Part shown: positions 13,401 through 26,704 of the stretch, piece by piece
How the letters are laid out: each line of letters starts with the position of its first letter
Numbering within the stretch: the stretch's first letter is position 1
NCBI GenBank assembly: GCA_012026655.1
Contig: JAAILG010000419.1
Coordinates: 1 to 64,000 of the forward strand
Length of the DNA stretch: 64,000 nucleotides
From: Hydrolagus affinis
Lineage: Eukaryota
Direction: 5' to 3'
Program-made: the position numbers and the translations under genes
The notes under the pieces: generated by a model
Databases searched by the model: none
What the model saw: only the letters and a program-made list of their open reading frames with translations
What the model was told of the DNA's origin: nothing

Positions 13401-13670
13401 AATAATAATTTTAAAAATCTGTGCATTTGATATAGCACTTTTCCCATCTTCTTGACCTCTCAAACCGCTTCACAGAATATACTGTAAAGCAAATTGATTG
13501 TGTATATATATATATGTGGGCGACACGCGGCAGCCAATTGCGCACAGTAGTGTCCCACAAACAGTTGTGGATTGAAATGACCAATTTTTGTTGAGGGATC
13601 ATTATCAGGCATGTGGGGTAAGGAAACTCACCCAAGGTTTCGCCCTGACCTGAGTTCCTAAGCTTGTGAG
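13401..13670 (-). mobile_element. Young Deu-domain SINE, near full length
   Basis: Tail, Deu body and part of the head (cccaaggtttcgccctg). Confidence 0.88.
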
Positions 13671-14915
13671 AAGCACAATTTCAAATAACCTGTTCACATT
13701 CCCCATTTGGTTTCATACTTTTTCTGTTCTTATGGGTACAATAAAAGCGACATTGACTGTAATTCTAGAAGGTGAGAGAAAAGGCTTTGAGTGCCATATC
13801 ATGCATTCCAACATTGGCACTGGCCACTGAGTGTGTGCTTGTTCGAACCTCTGTCTCAATAGATGTCTGTCATACCTTTCAACTAAACTTCAATCATTTA
13901 AAAAATTTACTGCTTTTTTTGTTTCAATTAAAACGTATTAAAGCATAAATATACCATTCATTTCACTCGCCGCTCATCACAGTCAGTGCTGGGGAAAAGG
14001 AATAGCGTGCAGGCTGGTTGGCAGCCAGGTTTCCTGGTTATTGTTGCTACTGGAGTTTCACTGTGCTATTTATTACAAGTAGGTACACTGGGAACTGTCA
14101 GCGGCAATATAGGTTGAGAAGAGTTGGAGCTGAAACAAAAAACAGAACTGTGGTAATCTCTTTTGTTGTTTCAGATGTTGAACACCCATTGTGTTGACTT
14201 GGCATGCCTGTTTTTATTTCCTACATTCTCAGTAGATTCTGATATGATAGGTTAATCAATTAATAAATAAGGAAATAAATAATGAATCCAAACTAAATAC
14301 TGTACTGTAAATGCCCGAGCCCTCTGTTTAGAACTTATACCTTTGATTAACAATGCACAGACAGTGATGGTAAATGTACATTGTCTAACGCTTCAGGCAT
14401 CCTTTGCTGTTTGAGCTGTCTCACCCTCCCTTTTTCCCCCTTGCTGTGTTCAGTCCTTTCTGTTCTCTTCCATTTAAAAATAAATTTAAGCATCTGTGCT
14501 GAGATAGGTATTGCCTTTATTTGGATTGTCACACAATGCTGCAGTAAATTCAACCACCTCCAGTGAAAACATTTGACACTTGGTGATTATCAAGAGCAAT
14601 GTAACAAGTAGTCTCTTTATAATTGTAGGTAATTCTAATACTGGTCAGAAAATGTCATTACTGTACTTTAATTTCACTTTTTAACATTCCTAATCCCTGA
14701 TCGTTCAGCGCCTTGGAACGTCCTCCCGGCGTGAAATGCGCTTTACAAATGTAATTCTGTATTGTTTTTAAACCGGTAGCTAAAATTACAGTCCATAGGG
14801 TAACTGAAACATTTTGTTAATTTTACCATTTATTTTTGGCCCTGAAGTCCTTGCCTATTGGCAAAAACAACCGAACAAGAATATCCAAGCAATTCCTAAA
14901 CTTGGGAGAAACTCA

Positions 14916-15356
14916 TGCAATCCTGTAGCTCAGTGGTTAGAGCACTCGACTTATAAGCGTGAGACCTGTGTTTGAATCCAGGCAGTCAGGGCAAAACCTA
15001 GGGCAAGTTTCGTTCTCCACACACCTAATAATAATCACTCCAAAAAAAAACACAATAATAAAATTGGTCATTTCAATCCACGACTGTTTATGGGACACTG
15101 CTGTGCGCAATTGGCTGCCACGTTTCGCCCACAAATATGCAGTTAATTTTCCTTCATCCTGCCCCGACCCCAGCCCCCCTGCTCATGTCCCTACCTAACT
15201 GTACACCACCTTGGGACGTCCTCTCGACCTGAAAGGCGCTATATAAATGTAAGTTTTGATTGATTGATTCAATTCATTTTACAGTACATTCTATGAAGTG
15301 CTTTAAGAATCTAGAAGATGTGAAAAGCGCTATATCAAAGGATTATTATTATTATT
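14916..15356 (+). mobile_element. Full-length young SINE interrupted by an L2 3' end (about 15149-15269)
   Basis: tRNA head tcctgtagctcagtggttagagcac with A box and B box. The body breaks at cagttaatt and resumes at caattcattttacag. Confidence 0.9.
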
Positions 15357-15475
15357 GATCACTGACTGTCCAGTAGCTTGGGATATCCTTCTGATATGAA
15401 AAGTGCAATACAAATATAATTTATTGTTGTGGTTGCCATATTTCACTATTCTGCTTTCCTCTAACCTTCCTTTAG

Positions 15476-15686
15476 ATGGAGCTGGCAAAAGAAGAGAAAT
15501 GCGAGTTCCTTCCTTTCCTGTCTCCAAGAAAGATTATCCTGAAGCACAAGCGTGTTGCTGCAATGGAGTTTATTCGCACAGAGCAGAATGATTTTGGCGA
15601 TTGGATTGAAGACCAAGAGCAAATTGTTCGCTTAAAAGCAGATTTTGTTATCAGTGCATTTGGCTCCATACTCAGTGACCCCGCAG
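15476..15686 (+). CDS. DPYD: DPYD exon 11 equivalent (211 nt): [19 protein letters not shown]...[12 protein letters not shown]
   Basis: Acceptor ccttcctttag|atg and donor gcag|gtgagg. Peptide matches human exon 11. Confidence 0.98.
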
Positions 15687-16130
15687 GTGAGGATTTGTGA
15701 CTTGATATGTACAGATTTGCGGTTTTCTTCAAATTACCTGTATCACCAAGAAATTTTTGAACAGTGGATAACGTTGCGGAAAGTTGTCTTCCGAAGTTAT
15801 ATTCCTGGCTTTTTAAGTAGATTCTAATTTTTATAACTTTGTATGAGTAAAAATATAACCTATTTTGTTTTTAATTATTTTGAAATTATCGCTACCTAAT
15901 CTTGTCCCTCTCGTCTGCATTTTTTGTTGACTGGTTTGGAAACCAGGAATTTTGCAACCAACAGAAAGTGAATGGACGGAAGATTGTCTGGCCACATCTG
16001 GCAAATGTGACTGATGTTTAAACAGAGAGTTCACAACCAAACAGAAAGTGAGAGTTGCAAACTTTTGAAAATGTTGATGGCCCATCGAGATCTACCAGAG
16101 CAAACAAAATCGCTTGTGCATTTATAATAA

Positions 16131-16490
16131 AATAACAGTAATCCTTGCATTTGATATAACGCCTTACCACGTCTTCGAGACGTCTCAAAGCATTTCACAG
16201 AATATACTATAAAGTGAATTGACTGCTGTATATCTTATGAGTGAAACATGGCAGCCAACTACACATAGCAGTGTCCCACAAACATTTGTGGATTGAGTGA
16301 CCAAATTATTACCCCCGGAAAAGTGATCCACTAATCAACTAACAACCAGGTTCCTATTTACTACTGTACTAGGTAAGCAGAAGCATATAGAGTAAGGAAA
16401 CTTGCCCAATATTTTGCCCTGCCGAGAATCGAACCCTGTTCCTTTCGCTTGCAAGGCGAATGCTCTAACTACAGAGCTACAAGACTCCAC
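16131..16490 (-). mobile_element. Full-length SINE, long subfamily (extra CORE-like segment)
   Basis: Head ends ...gagctacaagactccac. Contains the extra aagtgatccactaatcaactaacaaccaggttcctattta...aggtaagcagaagc block. Confidence 0.88.
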
Positions 16491-19400
16491 TTCAAGCTTC
16501 AATAAACTAGTTACCTACCGTACCTCCCAACATGTCAATTTCCATATTACATTCACTTAGAATTGATAGGATGATTTTAAGCATTACATTAAAGGCAGAT
16601 TGGCTTTTTTAAAAAACACAGATTGAGAATTCACAGCAGCAAATTTCTATAGTTCTTTCTTTAAAAAGATCCATTGATCTGAGTGTAAGTGACGTTTAAC
16701 TTTGAGGTTGTGCAGGTAGAATCCTCGCACTTACACTCGCCACATAACTGATGTTTTATTCCTGGAAAAATAGTCCACAGGCGTTCGCCTGCAAAACACA
16801 CTTTACAGTACATTATATGAAGCACTCTGAGACGCCCTTCAATGTAAAAGGCGCTGTAACAAATCCTAGGATTATTATTAATACCAGTCATAAATAAGGG
16901 TCAAATAGCCTACTCAACTGAAATAATATGCCATTGATTTTAATCAACTATTTCTGCAGTGAGGAATCTGTGACAACTGGTATCGAAAGATTTTTTTCTG
17001 GGGCTTTTTTTTCCCAAAGGCTAAAACTAATAAAATTTGGGAAAACCTTTGGAGACTGGTTTATCGTTGCTGTTAAATTTTTTTTAAAGAAAATTCCAAA
17101 GGCATTGTTTGGAGGTTTTTAATGAGAAAACGCTTAGCATTGTTTTTTTGAATTTTCCTTAATGACCTTCTGAATGATTGGACAACATCCCCATGTGAAT
17201 CACAGTTGAAAAATTGCTTCACTGAAGCTCTGCTTATCTTTATTTGCCAGCTTTCTCTAATGGGCGATGTGATACAGATTACTCTGCTAAAGAAATGTCA
17301 GTCGCATGATTGGTTGATAGACAATAATAAAACTGTGATAATGTTGCACTTTAGTGTAATAAAAATCTAATAGTACAATTTAGTTTTTTCCAGCAGGGAT
17401 CTAATAATCACGACAAAAAAAATTTCAATATGTAGAACTACGGAGAGACTCACTATACTCTTTGATTGTAAATCTTTCCACAGGTACCTTTGTATGTGAG
17501 CAGTCTCAAATAATGCACACAAACGGTGACATTTTGGGGTTTAATAAGATGAAAGGTGTCAATTTGCAGCAAAATCATCTGTATACTGAGTATCAAAAAT
17601 TTACATTAATGAGCTGCTAAAGCTGAAATTACAGAGACTTCCTGAAATTGGTTAAACATCACAGCCATTAAACTGTTTACTGAAGCATTACAGATATACT
17701 GCATCTAATGAGCATTTCTGCTGTTTAAACAAGTGCAAATTGAACAGGCATTACATGGATATATAATTAGTTGTAACAATGAAATACACATAGTTTCAAA
17801 AAAACACCTTTTTTTTAATCCACTTTAAATGTCTTTTAAAAAATGACTGACGCGGACAATAGTTGCTTTGGAATGTGATTTAACTCGATAAAGATAACTC
17901 ATTGTTTTATTTTAGTTCTTGTCTCTCGCAAGAGTCTCTTGCTCCCTCTGTTTAACCTCTGCTGCTGTGAATCTCTAAAAACAGATTACTATCAAGCAAA
18001 CATATGTGGAACAGACTCACAACAAAAGCAGTTGATGCTGAATTGATTAACTCCTTCAGAAAGCACTGTATAAATAAGTACCTGCCCGAGAACATTGTTC
18101 TCAAAGGATATGCGGATAGCTGCAAATGGAGATGAACAAATACTCAGCAGGTTGCAATGATTTCTGTGTTGTTGGAGATGTTGGGGCGGGTGGGGGTTGA
18201 GCAGGGGGTGTCGTCTAGAGAAAAGCAAGCTATGTTTCAATAGCAGAGATGTAAGAATAGTATGAAATAGTAAAGCTCAGGGAATCACTGTGGAGCTCCA
18301 TCTCCCTTTCCAGGGCAACCGTGGAAATGGAATACAGCAACACACACTTGAACATTGCGTTTCTGTCTCTCTTAATATTCCCATTTGTCCCACATTCCCA
18401 TTGAATGTGCAGGGGGTGTTCTTTTTCGGATTCGGGAAGCAATTAACAACAACAACAACTTTGATTTATATAGCACCCTCCACGTTGGATGGCTTCTCAG
18501 AGCACTTCACAATAGCGGTATTAAACATTGCTCACCATTTTCTGCACAATCAGTTGTGGGAGTAGCTCCAAATGAAGTTCTCCTACCTGATTGTAATGTA
18601 GATTTTGGTTTCTGTGCCACTCATCGGTTTACACTGGAGATTTGCTTTGAAATCACGTTCATGGTTTTTTGAGATGAATGTAACAATCTCATTGTCTTTA
18701 CAGCTTACTTATTCCAGTTAATGATATCGTCAGTGGTGCTGAAACATAAGCGTATCAATTGTCTGTATGGATTTTACCTTTGAAGCTTCATTTTATTATG
18801 TGGATTGTTAAGCAAGTCTTGTTTTTGTCATTTCCTTCAAATATTCATTTGTGGGTTCCTTTTTCCTTCCAGACACTAGCTTTTTATACTAATAATCTTT
18901 TTACACTAGCTGTTTATACTAGTATTTTCTTACACTACACCATGTTAAGATCTGATTATTGATTTCTTTTTGTTTCACGCCTTTGTAATTTGATTTTAAA
19001 AAATTGTCAATCATTGCCGTGCACGTTTGTGGATAGTCAATGTTTTAGTGATAAGAGTGAGTACTGTATTATAATCCCTGGATTAAAAGAAATTGTTAAG
19101 GCAGACTGACTTGCCAGCAGCTTGAATGTGCTTTCGCGCTGAAAACTGGGTGAAAAAACATTGTGTAAAGTTGCCCCAACTAGCGAAAAGATAAAGTTTT
19201 CCATTAAAACCTTTTTCCTCCTCCATCTCCTCCTCTGCTGAGGGAGCTAGTAACGTTTATCTGTTTGTGTGTTGTGCGTGGTTTCAGAATGAGGTCTTAA
19301 CCTGAATTGGATTTGACATGAGAAGTTAAGCATTCTTGGCTCCGAGATAAAGTGCTCTAAAAGTAATTCCAGGCTCATCGATGATACTTGAAGCTATAGC

Positions 19401-22400
19401 CATATTCTGAAGCACTGTATCCCAAAGCCCGAACAAGTTGGAAATCCTAGCTTCGCATTGCCATTATACTAGCCATTATTTGCGCATGGTTGCGATTATT
19501 TTCTTATCTTGGGATAGCACTAGTTGAAATTCTTCATTTCTTCTTTGGTTGACCTATTCAGGACAAATTGTGATCCATATTTTGCGTTGTTGAACAATAT
19601 TCAGATAGGGTAGGAATGATAGAATGGAATGGAGGCAATATCCATATTGGTTTCGTTATGGAGCTTTTTTGGGAGAAAAATAGCCACTTTCTGTGCTGTA
19701 AATTTCTGTGGTTTTATGGTGTGTCGGATGTGCCTTCCATTACGTGAAAACCAATCTGTCTGCATGGTTTCAGCAAAAATAAGTTATTAGACTTTTTGGA
19801 ATGTTTGACACTACAAAAGTCAATATTTATCCATGGTTATGAGCCACATAAATAATTGAAGTCCTATGGAATATTTGAAATGAATATGTGAACTTCTGAA
19901 TGGAGTTGACTCAATTAATTCAAATGTTACTGTCAGTTCACTGCAGAGTTGAAATATTGTTGAAAGTATTGTTGAAATAATTGAAATCTGGATTATGATA
20001 TGAGATTTTTCAAGAGAGAAATTCACAGCCTAATTAAAATATATATATATATATATTTTGTAGGGTTTGACATGCTTTTCAGTTTGAGACGTCTGAACAG
20101 AAATATTAATGAAAAAAAATTAAGGAAGGGGGTCCTTGAGGATTGCAGTCAAAGCAATTAGATGGGAAATCGATGTTTTAAGAGCGCTTATGTTATGCTT
20201 TTTGATATTTTTTTTCAGTCAGAACACCAGAGTATGAGTTTCATGGACAAATTCTTTTGTTTGCAGGAAAAAGGCAAGGAATTGTCTATCACAAGCACCA
20301 AAGGGACATTTGTTGTTGTTGTTTTTAAAAAAAAATGGATTTTGCAAGGCCATTTGTGACACACCAGATCGGTGTGTCGCAAATTGGCTTTTCGAAAGTT
20401 AGATCCCACTAAAAACAATTGGACTTTAAATATTCATGCCGGCAAAGGACACAGAAAATTACAAGTCGGAGACTAGACCCGACGACCGGGATCTAGCCTC
20501 CCAAACGCTTCACTTGCCGCAGTTCCCGAAAGACAAAGTTTCAAGTCCGGGGTGGAGAAATCTCTTTCCCCGTGTGTTCTCTGCTACTCTCGCATAGCTG
20601 GAGGTTAGGAGAACATGCATTATTTTGTTTCAAGGTCAGCTGTAATAAAGCAGCTTTTTTTTATATCTCGTTGTCAGCAGGTTTTTTTTTTGTGTGATCT
20701 GACACTTCACCTGACTCAGGGCGGGGAGAATAACTGGTGCCATATACTGTCATTCAGGAGTTTACGACATTGAGTAATTTTCGCACAGGAAAATAAAAAG
20801 GGATGAGTGTGTTGGGGAGCACAGCTGCAGCAGTTCACAAATTGGGACTTTTCCATTTGCAAGCCGCCTTTTTCATTTGCGATCCATTGCAATCCAAAAG
20901 CCAGCTTCCCCTCGATATCAGCTGCGCACTTTATTTCTCCCAACGACAACAGCAAATTGGATTGATGTATGTAGTTTCCTTCAGGTAGACCACCATCTCA
21001 GAATCAAGTACCCGCAGAAGGTAACACACATAAGGTACCAGCAGAAACCGTGACAGGTATCTCCAAATGCTTTTGCGGACCACACAAATTAGACCCCAGT
21101 GTTTGATATCCATCCACTTTAATACCTATCTCTCCATTACACGAGTATGACTCGACTTGTATTTTAAATATACTTTGAGTCTTATACTGTAAGGTTTAAT
21201 TATCCATCATTATCATTAGTGTTTCATCTGGTTTTGTATCCAGCCTCGTCTGACTAGAAAGTGTCCAATGTAAAATAGGCTGGTGGTAATACGAATCCAG
21301 TTTTCAGTGACCTTAGGCTTACAGAATTAAGAATTACCCACAACTGGCAATTGCACTTGAGGTCGGTGGCCGCTGGAAGTGGGAAAATTAATTCTGGTTA
21401 CAGTGGGGGTGCTCTTAAAAGGTTTCCTTCTCTGGCTCATTATTGAAGCGGAGAAAAAAGAAATCAAATCTGGATCTGTAAGGTTTTCAAATTGCTCGGA
21501 GACTTGTTCCTGCTGAGACCCTGTGCTTTAATTCAGGCTCGGCAATCAGGCTCATGTGGATGGATTGAATGGAATTGGGCCATTTGTACTGCTGGGCGGC
21601 TCCACACTACATACACGGGGAGAGATTCCACCTGGCTCTCATGATTTATTCTGTTTCAAGAGCATCCAGAATTTGGCAAATTCTTAACTACAGCAATCGT
21701 CATTTTTGAAGTCGGTTTGAAGCAAGTATTTTTAGACACGACAGAAAACCGACTTCGAAGTTCAAAACTGAATTGAACTGAATTGAGCCCTCCGGCGTGA
21801 AGGGTGCTATATAAATGCTTGTTGTTGTTGAATTCATAAATATGGGGGGAAGTGCTTGGTTTTTCATTGCATGGTATGTTCTGTTCTAACTTTATGATAG
21901 GAAATAAATTGCGTGCATCGTGTTTTAATTTTTTTTTAGCTCTTAGAGATAAACGAGACACCGGGGCATTGATTAGAACCCAGGTCCAGTCTTGCACCAT
22001 ATATTTACATGAACCTTCTACCTTGTACTACATTCACAGTTTTACAGTTTACAATGTATAGATTTGGGCATTTTCACAACTAAATGATTTTTTACAATGC
22101 GTCCAACAGAAAAATTTACTGCTACTCTAACTTCAGCAGGCAATTTTACTCTTCCAAGCTTCGCTGATGAAGGGAGGGGGCTAAACGCTGCCTTGTGTAA
22201 ACTAACCGTTGCAGTGATAATCAAGTGTAAATGTTGCCAGTGAATCTACAGTTCATATTTACTGGTATTGATTTCTGTATAAAGAGGCACGACATCATCA
22301 TCTCTTTGACTACCCTCAAAAATTTATTTTCAGACTATTATCAACACAGAGTTTAAGTTATCTATATTCATGTGCTGCACTTTTGCACTAGATCTTCATC

Positions 22401-23172
22401 TCGTGTTGTGACAATTTAGATTGTGCTATCAGTCTCCAGTGTACCTATGCTTGATTTTGTTAGGAATTAAATATGTTTGTCTTCAATCTATCAGTGTTTA
22501 ATCTATGAAATTGTTCTCGTCCTGATCCTGAGTTGGTATTTTATAGCCTGTACCAGAAATATAAATTGCATTGCCCTATTTACCAAATGGATTTGATAAT
22601 AATTCACTTATGGTATGAACTAACTTTCAATCAACTGATTAAATAACCCAACACCATTTTTGCTTCTTTAAGAAAATTGGAACTGTCCCTTATCAGGAGC
22701 CTTTTGCATACTACCTTCCATTGCCCTGAAGGTGGGAAGATGGGGGCTGTTAGTTTCTCGTTCAGAAGTGCCACTGCTATTTTTCCCTCAGCCTCTTCCC
22801 TCACAACCCAATTACAAAAGGGAAAGATAGAGAGCGAATGTCAATAAAGCCTGGGACTTGATCACTGCCTAAGATTTCAGCACTCTCAGCACTATATCTG
22901 CTTGCTCTTTCATTCTAGTGAATTGCATGTGAGGCACAGTTCAGCTGAGTACAAGGAAAACTAGGTTGTATGTGTTTATATGCAGCCCTATTTAGATGCA
23001 TAATAGATCATTTGGTGTCCTCCCCTTTATAGAGATATGCGTTGAGTACTAATAGGTCTCTTGATACCTTCTCCGATTGGTTGTGTAAACTCACTTATTT
23101 TAAATTGTAGCAGGAGATGCAATATTTTGTCAACTGAACTTGTGCTCTATTCGTTTTTTGTCTTAAAAATAG

Positions 23173-23357
23173 TCAAGGACGCCATTGCCAGCATTAAGTT
23201 CAACAGATGGGGCTTCCCAGAGATTGATTCGGAAACCATGCAGGCCAGCGAGCCGTGGGTATTTGCAGGTGGCGACATTGCTGGTTTGGCTAACACAACC
23301 GTCGAGTCTGTGAATGACGGGAAGCAGGCTTCGTGGCACATTCACAAATACTTACAG
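23173..23357 (+). CDS. DPYD: DPYD exon 12 equivalent (185 nt): (V)[13 protein letters not shown]...[33 protein letters not shown]
   Basis: Acceptor aaaaatag|tc and donor cag|gtcagt. Contains the FAD-binding GGD motif. Confidence 0.97.
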
Positions 23358-23779
23358 GTCAGTGAGGCTCATCAGTCACCCGCTGAGTAGCTCTGCTTAC
23401 TTGTCCTTTCATTCCTTACCGGCATCTCAAAATACTTCATGTGGTAATTGCCTCTGACAGAAGAACCTGCACTGTTTGGCAAAATTCTGTTGAATTACAT
23501 CTATTTTTGTTGCTTTTTAATAATTAAAAAGCTGAATTTCATTAGAAACCAAATTAATGTCACCTGGGTACATTTTGTTCAAAAAGATTTTGTTGGTGAG
23601 AGGGTTTAAACCAGCAGCCTGTTCAATTAATTACGCAATATATTGCATATTAATATATCCTTGAGTTTTGTTGTAAGTAAAACTTGCCAGTAAAGCTTGG
23701 GTAGCAAAAGAAAAGCATCTAGAACCTCACACTAGAACACAAAGATTGAGTAAGAATCTTCTCCTGTGAATTTAGAGGA

Positions 23780-24140
23780 ACATTTTTATTTTCTGCCCTC
23801 CTCTTCTCTTCTCTTCTGAAGCCTTGCTGTGCCCTAGTCCAAATAGACATTCTTCCTGATTGAGCCTATACTGTGAGTGACAAGCGAATATTTGACCATG
23901 GCACGGCCTTGTCCTAACCTGATGTGTATATATACATAGCTTAATGTTACTGGCTCAGTTCGGTTTAGATATTCTTAAGCATGGTGCTGGGTTTCTGTGT
24001 GTGTTAGACTCCAACTGAAGCCCAAAACCCCCACAAAAATAGCCTAGGGGACATCAAAGTCTCTGCACTTACTGCCACTGCACATCATTTAAATCAGTAC
24101 AGACCCTGGGCTCTTACATTTATATGTGACTTAGTGCTAT
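23780..24140 (-). mobile_element. Old AmnSINE2-like SINE relic
   Basis: Reverse-complement similarity to the 6320-6592 copy (ttctcttctgaag...gagcctatactgtgagtg...ttgtcctaacctgatgt...aatcagtacagacc). Confidence 0.5.
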
Positions 24141-25494
24141 ACTCGCTAATAGAAAAGATTTCCTTACAATTGGGTGCGCAACACCGAGCTTTGTAAGTTA
24201 AGTGAACCATCCTCAAGCTGTCGAACCTTCAACTCAGCCACACACCAGAAAGCCGATTGCAAATATGTGGTTCTTGAACCCCACATTACTCCAGTACAAA
24301 AGTGACGGATAAGTTGATGTACAGCACCATTTTCATTAATACTACACCAGTCCCTAACCCTGTACAGTTTAACACTGCTCAAAATGCATACTGTCAGGGA
24401 CACGTCATTTGGGGAAGATTGACACCCCCCCTTCCCCCCCCACCCACCCCTCCACCGACCTCCATTTTTAGTCAGATCATTTGAGAAATGGAAAGCCAGT
24501 CACTGCCGAAGGAGAGGGGAGGTATTGCACTCCGCTTGTCATCACAGGAAGTATTAATCTGACTCCAGCATCTTATAGTCCCACGGGGGAGAAATATTTA
24601 AATAAAATCATTTATTTTAATATTACATTATTCATATCTGTTAAACAGAATACACAGCGGGGAACTTAGTCACCGCTGAGTTATGAGGTCCTCCTCAGAA
24701 ATGGCACCATCTAGATAATTTACTATTCCTTATTGTGTCTCCTCTTTAACTGCGGAATTCCTGTGCAGTCAATTTTCATTAACACAATTCAATACGTGAA
24801 TTGCTCCGTGTGTGCTACATACCGTCAGAACGCATAGTGTGTATTTTAAGCAGCATGTTGGGAATTTGAGACAAATTGCCGTAACGTTTATGTGAGAGAA
24901 AAAAAACTCCTAAACCAAAGTAATAACTGTACACGACTTGTGGTTTGGTCTCTCGGCAGGTGGCATGTAAAGATACCAGAATTTTCAGTGTATAGGGCTT
25001 ATTGGTATTCACCGCTGTATCATTGTCCAAAGTGCCTCCATATAGACATGTTAGAATATTACCTTTAGGCTACTTAAGTTAGTTTACACTGCCAGTTCCT
25101 TATCTCTTTGGTATCATGCTGACTATTACAGCCCAGTTGCCAGAAAATTTAAATTTAGGTAATGTGATTTTGATTGATTTTATTGAAATTGTATTATTAG
25201 TTAACGATGTTTGTAAATTATTAGATGCTACAGTGTTCCCAGTGGTAAAATCCCATATACATTACTATCCTAGGCACACTCAAATGGAATGCAGTATATT
25301 AATATGATCAGTTTGTATTCCCTATTGTATCAAGCATTCCTCCTACTCTCAGTGCAGGAATATCTATATTACATTTAGGGCTTAAATTGTAAAAATGATA
25401 CTAATCCTTGTATTTAATATAGGAAATTTCACATCAGGAGAATTCTCAAAGTGCTTCACAAGTTATATTTGAAAGTTTGATGGACATGTATTCA

Positions 25495-25690
25495 AAAAGA
25501 AGAGGGAAATTCTCCCTGCAAAACTGGCCAACAATCCTCCAGATCAAATTGGTTATTCATTTCATGGCTGTTTGTGGGCCATTGCTGTGTCCAAATTTGC
25601 TGCCATGATCACCTACAAAATGCACGATCGTCACATGTGAAATGCTTTGGGACATCTCCCAAAGTGACAGCTCGGTTTCAAATGCAAGGG
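25495..25690 (+). mobile_element. Older full-Deu SINE relic (SacSINE1/AmnSINE1-like)
   Basis: gaagagggaaattctccc...ctggccaacaat...gctgtttgtgggccattgctgtgtccaaatttgctgcc...gctttgggacatc. Other relics at 29930-30155 (-) and 41860-42070 (+). Confidence 0.65.
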
Positions 25691-25923
25691 TGCCCTTGCT
25701 TGTTTTGAAAGCTGCAAAACACACATTGAGTACTTGAAGGGATGAATTCACTCGCCTCCCTGAATAAGCATAGTTTGAGTAAATTGGCCTTTTTCATTGT
25801 GTAACAAATGAGGAATAAATGTGACATTTTTTGGCCGTGTTGTGCATCATTTGATATTATTTAAGCAATTATTTTTATTCCCTTCTTTTTACAAGTAAAC
25901 AAAAAGGAAATAGTACTACTACT

Positions 25924-26093
25924 AATAATTTGGTCACTCAATCCACAACTGTTTTTGGACACTGCTGTGCGCAATTGGCTGCTGTATTTTGGCCGCAAAA
26001 TATACAGTTAATTCGCTTTACAGTGAAAGCTTTGCGAAGCGCTTTGAGACATCTCGAAGGTGCTATATGAAACGCAAGGATTATGGTTATTAT
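25924..26093 (+). mobile_element. Young Deu-domain SINE, 3' half
   Basis: tggtcactcaatccacaactgtttttggacactgctgtgcgcaattggctgc...caaggattat. Confidence 0.85.
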
Positions 26094-26704
26094 AAATGGT
26101 TGTTTATGGTTAAACCCAATTGGCTAAATCACACAATTCTGAACCTTTGGCTGCAGACGACTGCAATAATATAAACTCTTATTAGATTGCTGCTGTAATT
26201 ATTTGGGTAGATCGCAAGTGGGACTGGCAGCATTAGTTAGGTCGGTACCCAAGATGATGGGTTAATGAATATTTAAATGTTAACATAACAGTTATGTGCA
26301 GCTTGATCCCTTCTAAGGAAGATTAATTGGAAATCTCCAAACATACAAGGGTTTGTGCACTACATTCGTTCTCTTTCCTTGCCAACTTTCAAAATCTCAT
26401 CCACTCGTGTAAGGTTTTTTTTAAGAATGAGAATACATCCCTCACACAGCTTCGCCTGTAAAAAAAAAAGTGACAGGTTCTGATTATTTTGCATTGTATT
26501 TGCATCCACTGAGGTGCAATGTCTCAAAGTATTGGTGAATTATTCTCAAAAGAACACAAAAACAAGTCTAATTCTAACCACGGACACAACTACAGACATG
26601 CATACTAAAAATATGGAGGTCTATGGCAAACCTCTTTATTTGCATTCAAATCGAAATCAATCTAAATTGTATTGAATTGCACCATTGTATAAAATCTTAT
26701 AGAA

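Noticed and set aside
18722-18743. REST/RE1-like site on - strand (ttcagcaccactgacg)
   Set aside because: The left half matches but the right half-site deviates from GGACAG.
18873-18937. Degenerate tandem repeat of about 30 nt
   Set aside because: Only about two units with no spacers; simple slippage duplication, not CRISPR-like.
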